Source: the human T2T-CHM13v2.0 reference genome, Homo sapiens. Taken from it: 64,000 nt of DNA. Made by a program: the position numbers and the translations under genes. Shown here in pieces: positions 1 through 12,249 of this stretch. The DNA is taken from the NCBI RefSeq assembly GCF_009914755.1, contig NC_060929.1; one strand, given 5' to 3'. How positions within the stretch are numbered: the stretch's first letter is position 1; each line of letters begins with the position of its first letter. The notes under the pieces are model-generated. The model had not been told where the DNA came from. It made no database searches and was given only the letters and a program-made list of their open reading frames with translations.

Positions 1-29
1 GAAGGGGAACTGGTGAGCAGGATGATCTA

Positions 30-265
30 AAAGGCTAATGTTGACTGTGCACTGGGTGCCAGGCACTGGGCTAGGTATATTATATATGTTAGAGCTAATC
101 TTCATAAAATCCTGTGAGATGGATTCTTGTTTTTATTTTTCAGTTAAGAAATTTGAGCTCAATAAACTTACATAGTTTTGAACAACTTAGTAGTTATTCA
201 AAAGTGAACAGCTATTAAGGAAGAGAACTAGGATTTAAATACTTGTCTCTCTTATTCCAGGGTCT
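30..265 (+). mobile_element. MIR SINE (degenerate)
   Basis: MIR-like motifs: 'tgtgcactgggtgccaggcactgggctagg', 'aatcctgtgagat', 'gaactaggatttaaat'. Boundaries and strand approximate. Confidence 0.55.
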
Positions 266-1471
266 GTCATTGTTCCAGTATTCCAAAATGATTCTAAAGA
301 ATAAGAGCATAGAATGTCAGGGCTCAAAGTATCCTTAGAGATTATTCAACCTTTCACTGTGTACACATGCATAACTGAAATCCATCTGGATGACCTGATT
401 TGTCCAAGATTATGAAAGGTGATAGGACCCTTGAGTGTTGTGTGTAGGAGTGAGAGGTACCACAAAAAGGTGTTTTTTTTTTTAAAAAAAAAAGAAATTT
501 ATATCATTTTCTGTTGAACCTATGGTTTATTCTTCACAGGTTTTTGTCTTTGCTAATGACAGTCTTTTCACACCAAATTCTCAAAACAAGTGTGACCTAC
601 ACTTTCTCCCAGCCATCCCGAACTTTTCTTTCATTCCACTGCAGTACTCTCAGCATCCTGCATATTAACCTGAAGCCTAACTGTATTAAATCTGTTTAGA
701 ATTTCAGCCTGCACAGTCTTGTTAAAATCTTCCATTTGTTTGAGAACCACCAACGATGAAGATGATGAGACCCTTGTTCTCACAGCTCAGATTATGGTAA
801 ATGAGCTCATGTCGACCTTCTCCATTTACTTCAGGGTGTTACAAATTTTGACACAGCATTTCTTTTAGACTTCAACTTTGTAAATTGTTGACTCATACTC
901 TCTTCTTGTGTGGAAGTTTCTACATTTCCTCATCACCCAAATTATTGACAATTACATATTATTCTCATGGCAGAATTATCAACTTTATCTTCGGAATTCT
1001 GTTTTGAGATTTAAAATTTTGTTTACAACTCAGTTTTCTACTTGCATTCCTCTTTTATTCAAAGAAAAAAATAAAAGTAATGAATTAACAGTGTTGTGAA
1101 AGGTGTACTCATGGCATAAAATCTTCTGGGGGGTGGTTATAGAGTTTTACGTAAGCACACGTGTGTTTAAAGCTTGAATTACACATTATAGCTCAAGACC
1201 AAATATGTGCTCTTCACAGCTCAGTAATGGATGTTTGGTAGTTTTGATATAGTTTGGTGGGTTTTTAGGTTAGGGAGAGATAAACTTTTTTTTCCTGATT
1301 CAGGTGATTAAAGTCCTGCATATAAAAATATCATTTATTTTGGCGAGGGTATTTTGTTTGCTGACAACAGGTCTTTGGAAGGCAAAAAGAACCAGCTCAC
1401 TGAATGGGGGCTCTTAAGATATTTCTGATCTGGATTACTTGGAATCAGGGGTCTCAGAAGCCACAGTCCTC

Positions 1472-1503
1472 AAAAAAACAAAACAAAACAAAACAAAACA
1501 AAC

Positions 1504-1534
<31 letters not shown>
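1472..1534. repeat. Compound microsatellite (AAAAC)n then (AG)n
   Basis: Directly visible. Confidence 0.95.
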
Positions 1535-1536
<2 letters not shown>

Positions 1537-2924
1537 CTGTCGGTGGTCAGTGAAATAGCCCAGCAACTCTGAGTGTCTTGTGACTTCTCACCCTCTTGGT
1601 GCAAATTGATCAGAGCTGTGAGGATGGGCTGCCCCTGTCCAGAGCGTCAAGAACAAATTTATCTGTCCATGTGGGGAGTAAATGTAAAATGGAGCCCTGA
1701 ATCCCAACAAATGATTCATCTGTCTGCACAACTCAATGAGCTTGCCTTCATGTCTTCCTCCCAAGCTTACACCATAACTTCTGGGACTGGATCCTAGGGA
1801 AAACATGGTTCCCATCTGTCATCCTAACTCTAGATAAACGTAGACATAGGCAGCACTAATGTCTACAATGCGAAAACTGACTTTAGTAAATCCTCACTTA
1901 AAGTGCTATTTGTAGTCTTGCTTTGATGAATAACTGCTACCTAAGGACAGTATATCTTAGCGAGAATTAACACTCTGTCAAATTCTTCAGTTGGCTAGAT
2001 ACTGACAGTAAGTAGAGAGAAAACAGAGTCCCTTCTGACAAATGAAATTCAAGTCCTATTTCTTACTGGAAAGCAAGAATGATTGGAGATAATCCAACAC
2101 TTCAAATGATTATCACTGATAACTGGAGGTAAAAATGACCGTGCTTCAAAATGTGTTCCCAGAACTCTACTTTTAGCTTCAGTTTAGATTTTAGTCCTGC
2201 CATATTATATTATGATCATGAAGTCATGAGTTATTTTATTTTAAAGAACTCTTGAATGTTCCAAGATTCTCTAGTGATGCTGAGTTTTGTTACTCCAGGA
2301 TATGTCCATGAAGCAAGGCAAAGTTACCTCTATTTTTTCATTTGCTTCCATCCAGGAGCTACTGCTAGTGATCACATGAGAACAAAGACCCTTGATATGT
2401 AATAACCGTCAAATGCCAAGATTCTGGCTGCCATTGCCAGTGCCTTGCTGGAGTCTTTGAACTTAGCTTCTGGGTCAAAGCATCTAGAAAGCAGTTTGAT
2501 TAATATATGCATTAAAAGATGTATGCCCATGTTGCAAAATAAACTGGAAAAATAAATAGCAGCTTCTTTGGCTGGCTTTGGTGGTGTATTGCTTTGGATA
2601 GAATTCCAAATGGAAATTCAGATGGCTCTTAAAACAAGGTAGTAAGCTTTTAGATCCCTGAGCTGAGGCTGCAGATAAAACTGAGGCAGAGTACAGAAGA
2701 GAGGGATAGTGGTCTGCAGTTGGGATGTCCAGCTCATTTCCAGTCTCCCAGCTGGTGGTGTCAGGTGGTTCTCTAGCTCACTCTATGGAGCTCAGTGTTC
2801 TTCACTTATCATCAGGGCCTCCCTGAAAAAATGGGACTTGCATAACTGTCTGCCCTATTTCTTTTCTTAAAAATGCTTTAGAAACTGTAAAGTTTTCTGC
2901 AAATATAAGGTATTGTTCTGCCAT

Positions 2925-3418
2925 CTGCACAGGGTTTAATAGCATCCTCCCAAACTCACATTCACTTGGAACCTCAGAATGTGACCTTATTCGGAAATAG
3001 GGTCTTTGTGTATTTAATTAGTTAAGATGAAGTCATACTAGATAGGGTGGGTCCTAAGTCCAGTGTCTGATGTTCTCATAAGAGGAGAGGACTCTCATAC
3101 ACAGAGGTGCACAGGAAAGATGGTCGTGTGATGATGAGAGTGGAGATGGAACAGCACAGCTACAAGCTAAAGAACACCAAGGACTGCTGGTAACTACCAG
3201 AAGCTAGGAAAGGCATGGAGCAGAGGCATTCCCAGTAGATGACAGTAACAAGCCTCAGTTGTGACAACCAAAAAAGGCTTCTCTCAGAGTCTCCAGAGAA
3301 AAACAATCCTGCTGACACCTTGATTTCAGACTTCTGGCCTCCAGAACTGTGAGAGAATACATTCCTGCTCCTTTAAGCCACTCGATTGGTGATAATTTGT
3401 TACAGCAGTGCCAGGAAA
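2925..3418 (+). mobile_element. MaLR LTR, MLT1B/C-like, with a ~50-bp foreign insertion
   Basis: Typical MLT1 motifs: 'ggaacctcagaatgtgaccttattcggaaatagggtctttg', 'ctgctgacaccttgatttcagacttctggcctccagaactgtgagagaata', 'ttgttacagcag'. Confidence 0.85.
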
Positions 3419-3897
3419 TTTTCTTACCTCCTTTGGATGATAGCTACTTTGTGTCCCACACTGTGCTAAAACAGGTATGAAGAATGCAAAAGTTGATCAA
3501 GATGTATCCAAGGATGGGCAGGAGGTTTTCATGTCTGCTTTTTTTTTTTTTTTCCTAATCATGGACATTTTTGACCAGCTCATCTTATTCGGTTAGAATA
3601 GGCAAATGGGTTTCTAGAAGAAAAACTGGATTGTTATGGATTAAGGTGATGGATGGATTATATATGTCAAGAGTCTACTTTAGTTGCAAGTAACCCCCCA
3701 AAATCAAATTCAAGTGAAATTTAACAGATATTATTAGGTCTCTTTCTCCACATCTCAGCTTTCTTTCTCTTTTTCTGCTGACTTCAACTTCTCTTGTTGC
3801 AGATGGCTTCTCCATGGAAGCTTCCTTCCAGGGAGCCACAAGGAGCACAGATGCAGGCAAGTCCAGTTTATTTTGTCCTCACTGGCACATCTTACAG

Positions 3898-4103
3898 CAG
3901 TGGTTCCTAACTAGGGTTAATTTTGCACCCCACCCCCATGGAAATTTGTCAATGTCTAGAAATATTTTTGGTTGTCACAACTGGGGCTTGTTACTGGCAT
4001 CTATTGGGAATACTACTGAACATCCTAGAATGTACAAGACAGCTCCCATAACAGACAATTATCCAGAACAAAATGTCAAGAGCGCTGATATTGAGAAACT
4101 CTG
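3898..4103 (+). mobile_element. MER20 (hAT-Charlie) DNA transposon
   Basis: Ends 'cagtggttcctaac' and 'ttgagaaactctg' form terminal inverted repeats. Internal 'ttttggttgtcacaactgggg' and 'aaatgtcaa' match MER20. Confidence 0.85.
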
Positions 4104-5169
4104 TCTTAGAACATCTCTCCTGAAAGTGCTGGTGGAGATGTTTCAAGAGGACTCCAATCTCCCAAGTTTTGGTCATGTGCCCAACCTTTAGCCAATCAAA
4201 GTGGCCAGAATAACAACCACTGGCCATATCATTGACCAGGTGTGGGGCCAAATGACCAACCCCTCAAGACTCCATAGATGATGGGTGGTCTCCAAAGGGA
4301 AGAACACTTGGGAGAAAATGTGTGCTCACTACAAATTGGTTTAAGGACAGGTGGAGGAGCTCAGACTCTTTTGACTAAATATTACTTATTACTTAAAGGA
4401 AATGAGGCAATCTTGATCATGGCTCACCTCCAAAGCAGCACTCTGAGGGCTTTATTATGTCTTCAGTAAATGTTTATTGGAGGTCTTGTCTGTGCCAGGT
4501 TCTGGGGCCAGTAATGTGAACTTCACTGTCAGAGCTGCTACACTGTGGTAACCCTTGCAGGCTATGGAGCAGCGCGGTGGGATGGGGGGAGGATGGGATA
4601 TGGGGATATAAGCAAACACCCACACAAAACTGCTAAGAAAGAGAAGAGCCCATGAGAGAGAGTAATAAGAATGACCTATTTTGGGTAAATGGGAAACATC
4701 ATAAGGCATAAGTAAGAGCAAAGGTGATAACTGTGGGTTTGTGCAGAAATGTCAGCTAGTGGCTACTGGTTGGGACCAAGGCTGTCTGTCCCTAACCGAG
4801 ACAGATCCATTTTAAATAGTCATTGGTTTTGAAAAGCAGAGAGTTTGTTTATTTTTGTCTCTCTAATCTGATTCTGAGAAGACCATGAAAGAAAACAGAG
4901 AAACCAAAATACCTAAATTGTTCTAATTTAATAGAGGCTTGAAGGAAGACAGACTATTAAAAGTGCCCTGAGGAAGCCTCGCCTGAGAACTGCAGCATGG
5001 GTCTGCGATAAGGTTTCAGAGCCCTGCCCCTGCACACACAGCCATCTCTTCATAGGAGCACTAATGGGAGAGAGTGGATTTAACTGTGTGATGCTGTTGG
5101 CCTTGGCCAGAGAATGCCAGTGTTAGTTAGGAACAGGTCAGAGAGGGAACGTGACTTAAAAAAAAAATT

Positions 5170-5597
5170 GCAAGTTTCCCATTTAAAGTACACAATTCAA
5201 TCGTTTTTAGTATATTCACAGATATGTGCAACAATTGTCACAATCAATTTTTAGATAATTTTTAACACCTGCTATTGGCAGTTGCTCTTGTTTTCCCCCA
5301 ACTCCCCAGCATTAGGTGACACCAATCTGCTTTCTGTCTCTAGGATTTGCCTGTTCTGGACATATCATACAGATGGAGTCACATAATATGTTGCCTTTTG
5401 TGTCACACATTATGTATCTTACCAGTCACATAGTATCTGACTTCTTTCACTTAGCACGTATTTTCAAGATCCATCCACACTGTAGTATGTATCAGTACGT
5501 CATTCCTTTTTATGGCTGAATAATATTCCATTATAGAGATGTGCCAAATTTTGCTCATCCATTCATCAGTCAGGGACATTTGGATTGTTTCCAGCAA
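5170..5597 (-). mobile_element. Old L1M (L1MB/ME-like) 3' fragment
   Basis: 'catttaaagtacacaattca', 'ttcctttttatggctgaataatattccatt', 'ggacatttggattgtttccag'. Confidence 0.75.
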
Positions 5598-7260
5598 TAA
5601 TTTTTATTAGTTTTATGTGCCAGGTGAGCAAGGAAAGCAATGAGGCCAAACCTGTCCCATGGTTGAACTACCTGTAAGTCACTCTGGCCATATGGTAGGA
5701 AGGGGAGAGACGTCTTTCACTTGATGGTGGCTCAGGGCTGGTTTGTAAATTTCAATTGTCAGAAATGCCCCCTGCCCTTCTTCCATGGACATCTGGATTT
5801 GGTTATGCTGACTACTCAGCACCTTTTGCAATATCATTAGTTCCTGTGTTGTCCTTTCCTCTGACACTGTAGATTTATCATTGTCAGTGGTTTTGGCTCC
5901 ACCAGCCTCAAACAGTACCTCTTCAAGTGCTAGATAACCTCTGCAGCAGTGCAGAGATTTGCAGCATAATCGTGTATAATAAACTCTTATGTAGTTGCCT
6001 TATTTTGCATTGAAAAACTTTTGATATTCAACAATGTCATTCAGTGTTAATGATTCCTATAGGTATCATTCCTTACGATTTGAAAAATCACTTTGACATA
6101 TTAACCCATTTAATTTTCATTTCTGTGCTGAGAGGTAAGAAGTTGAACATTACTGTCCTCACTTGGCAGAAAAGTTGAGACTTAGAAGCCTCAAGGAAGT
6201 CACAGCATTGGCTCCAGAATCCAGGTTTCCTGACAGATCTTCCATTCCTCTTTCCTAAGGGACCACACTGATTTCCACGGTGCCATGCAAAGCACAGCAA
6301 AATGTGGCCAAATTGGTCTGCAAAAGAAAACACCTGTGCATGTGTGTCAGGGTCCTGAATCCTTTTGCTATCCCAGTGGAGGGACACTGAAGCCTTGTTC
6401 TTATTTGGAGACAGTACTGGCGTCTTTGTTCCTGCCTGCTTTTCCTCTAGTACCACAGATATATTTAAAATGCCACTTAGTCTAAACCAGGGAGTTGAAT
6501 GGGTTTTCACAATCTCTGTGACTAGCTAATTGTAGCTGCTGGGCACACACTTTTATTTCTGTTGACATACTGTAGGAGTGCCAGGACTGGAAAGTGTTGT
6601 CTGTGGGAGAAAGAGACACCAGCAAGAGGGGAGACAAGTGGGCTCAAGGTAGCAGAGGGAGGGTTTTGTTCTTGGTAATGTTTTCTTTGTTTAACTATTG
6701 TAAAGTGGTAAAATTGTTTCTGATTTTCCATTAAACTGCTGTTGGAAAACCAGGAGAGCATGCATAGCATCAATATACATTTCTCTTTAATTCTCATTTT
6801 GACCTTTCATTTTAACTCCTTTTTCCTGTAAGCTACTGTTAAATATGCAAACCAATTAACCTATCTTTCATCTCTTTCATTTATCCTCCCAACTTCCAAA
6901 ATAATACATGGTAAAATTGTACCTATTTGCCCATCCTCCTCACAAAAGACATAAAAATCACAAAAATTATACAATCACCACTCAGCAACTGAAATACCAA
7001 GATGTCAGGATGATCCATCCACAGACACAATAATAGCCGGTGTTTGATATAAGTTTGTCCTGCCCAGTAAACTCCATGTCAACAGGATTATTCCCTGTTG
7101 TTAGTTTGTGCATCTTCAGGCAGGGCCCACCCAGCATGGGGACTTCACAGAGCAGACACTCCATAAATACTTGTGGGATGAGTGAATCAGTGCACACAGT
7201 AGGCTCAACAAACCTTTGATTGATTCCATCCACTTCTCTCCAGTTTAAAATAGTTTTGTC

Positions 7261-7387
7261 ACCAGGTGCAGTGGTTCAAGCCTGTAATCCCAGCACTTTG
7301 GGTGGCTGAAGCAGGTGGATTGCATGAGTTCAAGGCCAGCCTGGGCAACATGGCGAAACCTCATCTCTACAAAAAATAAAAAATTAG
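7261..7387 (+). mobile_element. AluJ left monomer (interrupted by BIN2 retrocopy)
   Basis: 'ccaggtgcagtggttcaagcctgtaatcccagcactttggg...ctctacaaaaaataaaaaattag'. Outer TSD aaaatagttttgtc at 7247-7260 matches aaaatagttttttc at 9570-9583. Confidence 0.92.
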
Positions 7388-7658
7388 TTTTCCATGGTCC
7401 TCACACCCTGGTCAGCCAGTTGCTCCTCGTAGTCTTCCCAAAGGAGATCATTATTCCCTACGATGGCCTTCAGCTCCTCATGACTATCCCACTCACTGCT
7501 GTAGATTTCCTGCAGGGTTTCTGATACTCTTTTTGAACTTTCATGCATCACTTCAGCTGCACTAAGGAAGTTCTTGAGGTCCTTGTATAGCTTGTGGTCT
7601 TCTGCCTGTTGATGGTAGAAGTTGTTGGGGCTTTGTTCAAATTGTTCACCTTTGGTTT
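7388..7658 (-). pseudogene. BIN2 (retrocopy): BIN2 processed pseudogene, inverted 5' segment (N-BAR region)
   Basis: Minus strand reads [89 protein letters not shown], recognisable as the BIN2 BAR domain. No introns. Confidence 0.92.
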
Positions 7659-9399
7659 ACTACTTCACCCAGTTCAGTGAGATTGAGGAGAGAATTGCCA
7701 AGTGGGGTTGAAAACTTGTGGATTATGATGGTGCCCAACATCACCTGGATGCAGTGCAGAATGCCAAGAAGAAAGACGAGGCCAAGACTGCCAAGGCAGA
7801 GGAAGAGTTCAACAAAGCCCAGACTATGTTTGAAGATCTGAACCAAAAACTACTAGAGGAGCTGCCTATTCTTTATAACAGTCATGTTGGCTGCTATGTG
7901 ACCATCTTCCAAAACATTTCCAATTTGAGGGATGTCTTCTACAGGGAAATGAGCAAGCTGAACTGCAATCTCTATGAGATGATGAGCAAACTGCAGAAGC
8001 AACATTCCAACAAAGTCTTTGTGGTGAAGGGACTATCAAGCAGCAGCAGGCTCTCTTTAGTCATTTATCCCCCAGTTCGAACATCTATGGCCTCCAGTCC
8101 TCTTACCTCACCTACTAGTCCCTCTACACTTTCCTTGAAGAGTGAGAGTGAATCTGTCGCAACAACTGAAGATCTGGAACCTGATGCAGCCCGGGGGAAG
8201 ATAATTCTGAGATCAAGGAGCACTTAGAAGATGAGGAAATAGAGAAGGAAGGATCTGAAGCAAGCTCCTCTGAGGAAGAAGAGCCTCTACCAGCCTGCAA
8301 TGGCCCTGCCCAGGCCCAGCCCTCTCCTACCATTGGGAGTGGCAAGTCCCAGGAGGAAGTTCTCCCTAGCTCCCCAGCTCCATCACCAGGCAGAACCCTG
8401 AGCCCTTCAGGGCAGCCTTCATCATCTGCCACAGAAGTAGTCCTCCAAACCCGCACAGAAAATGAAGGATCTGAACAACCAAAGAAGAGAACCTATATCC
8501 AGAGGACGTCAGCACCCCCTAGTAGGCCTCCTCCACCCAGAGCCACTCCAAACCCCAGGCCCTCCTCAGGGAACATACCCTCCAGTCCTCCAGCCTCTGG
8601 AGGGGGTTCAACCACTGGCCCTAGGGTCTCCTTGGGGACTGAGACTCCAAGTCCTAGTACCTCCCTAGAGTTCTCCCCTAATCCAGAACTACAAAAGAAG
8701 CCAGTAAGAACTCCTGAGGTCAAAGAAAATGAAAACATCCACAATCAGAACCCCGAAGAACTTTGCACTTTTCCCACCTTAATGACAGATGGAAGACAAG
8801 AAAGAGGATAATAAGCTTGTCTTAGCTGACTCCTCGGAGGGCCAAGACCAGCTTTAAGTCTCCACAGTACCAGACAAGAGCAACCTCACAGCACCTGAAC
8901 CTCAAGAATAGGTATCTACAAGTGAAAATGCACAACTCTGAAGAGAAACTGCCAAGACTCCTCTCACCCCACACCTCCCCAAAGAAGCTCTTCAACCAGA
9001 GGGTATAGGTCAGAGAGATATAAGAGCCAGCAACCATCCCTGGGTTCTCAGTAGGAATGCTGGTGCTCTCTAAAGACCTGACATTAATGGAGGCGGAGGA
9101 GAAGACTTATGGGAGAGGTGGAGTGAGGCAGGCTGAGGAGAAGAGAACATTAGACTCAAGGAATACTTAATTCAGGTTTTAGCATTATTAGAATAAGACT
9201 TTATACATTAACTAAAGTGGAACTATAATCACTATAAAAAGCAAAAGCATCTATAGACAGACACTTGTCTATACAGAAACATAAGCACACATACTCAGAG
9301 ATAGTGAACAAATCTGTCTTTGACTTATGACCCATTTTGCAAGACTTAAAGCCAGAAGAACGCATTTTCAGATTGCTAAATAAAGTCTGATTCTGACAA
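7659..9399 (+). pseudogene. BIN2 (retrocopy): BIN2 processed pseudogene, sense segment (rest of CDS plus 3'UTR)
   Basis: Reads [53 protein letters not shown]...LPILYNS...[23 protein letters not shown]. Intronless, premature TGA at 7709-7711, frameshifts downstream. Parent-position stop at 8939-8941, AATAAA at 9379-9384, then A-tail/TSD. Confidence 0.95.
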
Positions 9400-9569
9400 A
9401 AAAAATACAAAAATTAGGTGGGTGTGGTGGCAGGCACCTGTAGTTCCAGCTACTTGGGAGGCTGAGACGGGAGGATGACTTGAGCCTGGGAGGTCAAGGC
9501 TGCAGTGGGGTGGAGCGTTGTACTCTAGCCTGTGTGACAGAGTAAGACCCTGTCTCAAAAAACGAAAAT
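9400..9569 (+). mobile_element. AluJ linker and right monomer (continuation)
   Basis: 'aaaaatacaaaaattaggtgggtgtggtggcaggcacctgtagttccagctacttgggaggctgag...gaggtcaaggctgcagtg'. Confidence 0.92.
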
Positions 9570-10210
9570 AAAATAGTTTTTTCTCCTTATTGAAATAGAA
9601 AACCCCCCACAACTCTTGACTGTAAAAAATGTCAAAAAATATGCAACTATTGGAGCAAGTATAACTAGTATGTAGGATAGGATCAGACATGACCCCATTC
9701 TTGCTCTGACCTCATACCATTTCTCTAAACATTACTTGATATGAGGGTGGGGGCCCTTACATGAAAACTCTGGAAAGCCCTATTATGTTTCTTCTTATTC
9801 TTAGGTAACAGCTCATGAAGTAGAGGAGAGGAAACAAACCAAAACAGGTGATTGTTTTAAAGTCTTCCACAGAAAATTTCTGCAGAATTATTTCAGGATA
9901 AATCCAAAGTAAGGTACTTTTGCTTAACAGATTTTGGTCTGTATCCTAAAATTACATTGCCCAAGAAGATGATCAAGCCAGGTGAGTTGGAATAAACCTA
10001 GAATAGGCTAAACTCTTTGTTTTCCCAAATGGCAGGAGAGTGTATTTGATTTAGAATATGGTGGAAGCCATGAAGGCAAGAATCCAAGAATGGCCCTCAT
10101 TCATGGCATAGTCAATCCATACTAGGTTTCCCATGAGGTAAACCATGCCACAGGAATAGGCCAGTGAGGGATAAGGAGTCAGAGGCTTGGACCCAGCCTA
10201 GGAATCTAGT

Positions 10211-10288
10211 CCAAATGATAGTGCTCTCCAAATGATAGTGTTCTAACCAGCAGGGCTTTCCAAGTGATAGTATCCTAACCAGCAGGGT
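10211..10288. repeat. Short nested tandem duplications (ccaaatgatagtg x3; ctaaccagcaggg x2)
   Basis: Directly visible. Confidence 0.8.
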
Positions 10289-11891
10289 TAAAGTGGGTTT
10301 GGCCAGTATGGAGGTCCCCAGGATCTGATCCAGCGAGTAGGATATAAATTAGGAGTCTCCAGATATGGACCACACTTGAAATCAGGAAGATAACTGTATC
10401 ATGCTTCTGAATATGCCATTGTATCTAGGGGAAAGTTCTAGCTCACAAAGCATGCTATAAATAAGAGCAAGTTGAGCCTCAGGGTCCCAGGCAGGTGAGC
10501 TCCTAGAGGGTTTAAGTCCAGGTGCTGGAAAGCGGGGAAATGATTAGAAAGCCTTGAAAGGGTTAGGGATTAGGTAGACCTAGACAGTTTTGGAGTGGAG
10601 GAGGCTGTATTTCATAAAGTACGTAGAGGTCCAAGTTCACCACATGTATATTGTGTGTAAGATGACAAGACTAATTCCAGACCACATCTTGGGATAGGGA
10701 TGCTCCTACTGAACATTCTGGAGACTTCTTGGCTCCCAGAGTGCAGGTTGGTTGTGTTGAAAAGTAACTGGGGAGACCAGGACTGGTGAACCATCTCTTG
10801 GCCCTGTTTCAGAAATGGAGCTGTCAAAATGCAGCCCCTAAGGTGAATATTTGCAAAAGATTCTGGATTCTTCTCAAAAAGCTAGATTACTTGTACAGGG
10901 CTTTTAGCCTACAAGTGAGGCTAAGCTATATTTCAGCCTTTGTATGGAAATGCAAACCAGGGAAGAAATATTTTTATTGTGATAAAGATCATAGCTAGTC
11001 AGAAATCAAATAGGCCATAAATGAGAATAGTTAAAAAAAAAACACACCTTAAACATTATATTTTAACTTGAAACCTATACATGTACATTTATTCACCCAT
11101 TTGCCAATGTGGGTCTAAGGTCTTTTCATTGAGCATGAATTGGCTAATCATGGCTCTGCATCATTTTCATGTGTAAGCTAACCCCATATTGTCTTCTCTA
11201 TGATTCCCAGTTTCATCTTTAAAGTACAATGAGGATTTAAAGCCTCCTGCAAAAACAAAAACAAAATGTGAGTGTAGAACTCTTCTAGAGTTCTTTTATA
11301 GCTGCCTTCCCCACACCTCATTCATTTAAACATTTACCAAATTTATTTTTCCTTCCAAAATATTCAACTTATATTTTTATTAACATAATTACTACTTTTT
11401 CATACCCATATTTTGTCAGTTTGAGTAATATTCAATCAAATTATATTATTATGATGAAGGGAACTAGCATAACCAGGTTTGGGAGTAAACCCAGCTGAAT
11501 CTTTAGTGAAAATACAGCTCCACAGGTGGGAACAGAAGTAATAGGTTGTGTCCAGAAGCATGGCCTCCTGATGTGGAGAATTCAGCCTCCCACAAGTGTT
11601 AGTCAGCATTTGTTACAGAGGGAATGGAGAGTGGTTGTTAATTTTGTGAATTGGTTCAGTGAAGGTGTATTAAGAGAGTTCCAGCTGTACTCCTTAATAG
11701 GAGAGAGTACAATTAACTGAAATTTTTGCTAATGTATATCCAAATCTAAATTTAATTTTGGGTACATATTATAATATAAAATTGATCTATCTTATAATGA
11801 TAGTCAACATGTAATGAGTGGTTTCTATTATTACAGCCTGAGCTAAATGCTTTACATGAAAACTTATGGATGTGATAATGCTATCCCCATT

Positions 11892-12249
11892 TTTATTAGT
11901 CTGTTCTCATGCTGCTGATAATGACATACCTGAAACTGGGCAATTTACAAAAGAAAGAGATTTAATGGACTTACAGTTCCACATAGCTGAGGAGGCCTCA
12001 CAATCATGGCAGAAGGTGAAAGGCACATCTCATGTGGTGGCAGACAAGAGAAAAAGAGCTTGTGCAGGGAAACTCCCCTTTTTAAAACCATCAGATTTCT
12101 TGAGACTTACTCACTATCACAAGAACAGCATGGGAAAGATCCCCCCATGATTCAATTACCTCCCACCAAGTTCCTCTTACAACACATGGGAATTGTGGGA
12201 GTCACAATTCAAAATAAGATTTGGGTGGGGACACAGTCAAACCATATCA
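11892..12249 (-). mobile_element. THE1 (MaLR) solo LTR inserted in a MIR
   Basis: 'tattagtctgttctcatgctgctgata...gatttgggtggggacacagtcaaaccatatca'. 5-bp TSD CCATT at 11887-11891 and 12250-12254. Confidence 0.9.

Noticed and set aside
7718-8227. 169-aa BAR-domain ORF as a functional gene
   Set aside because: GTG start just after an in-frame TGA, inverted N-terminus and frameshifted end.
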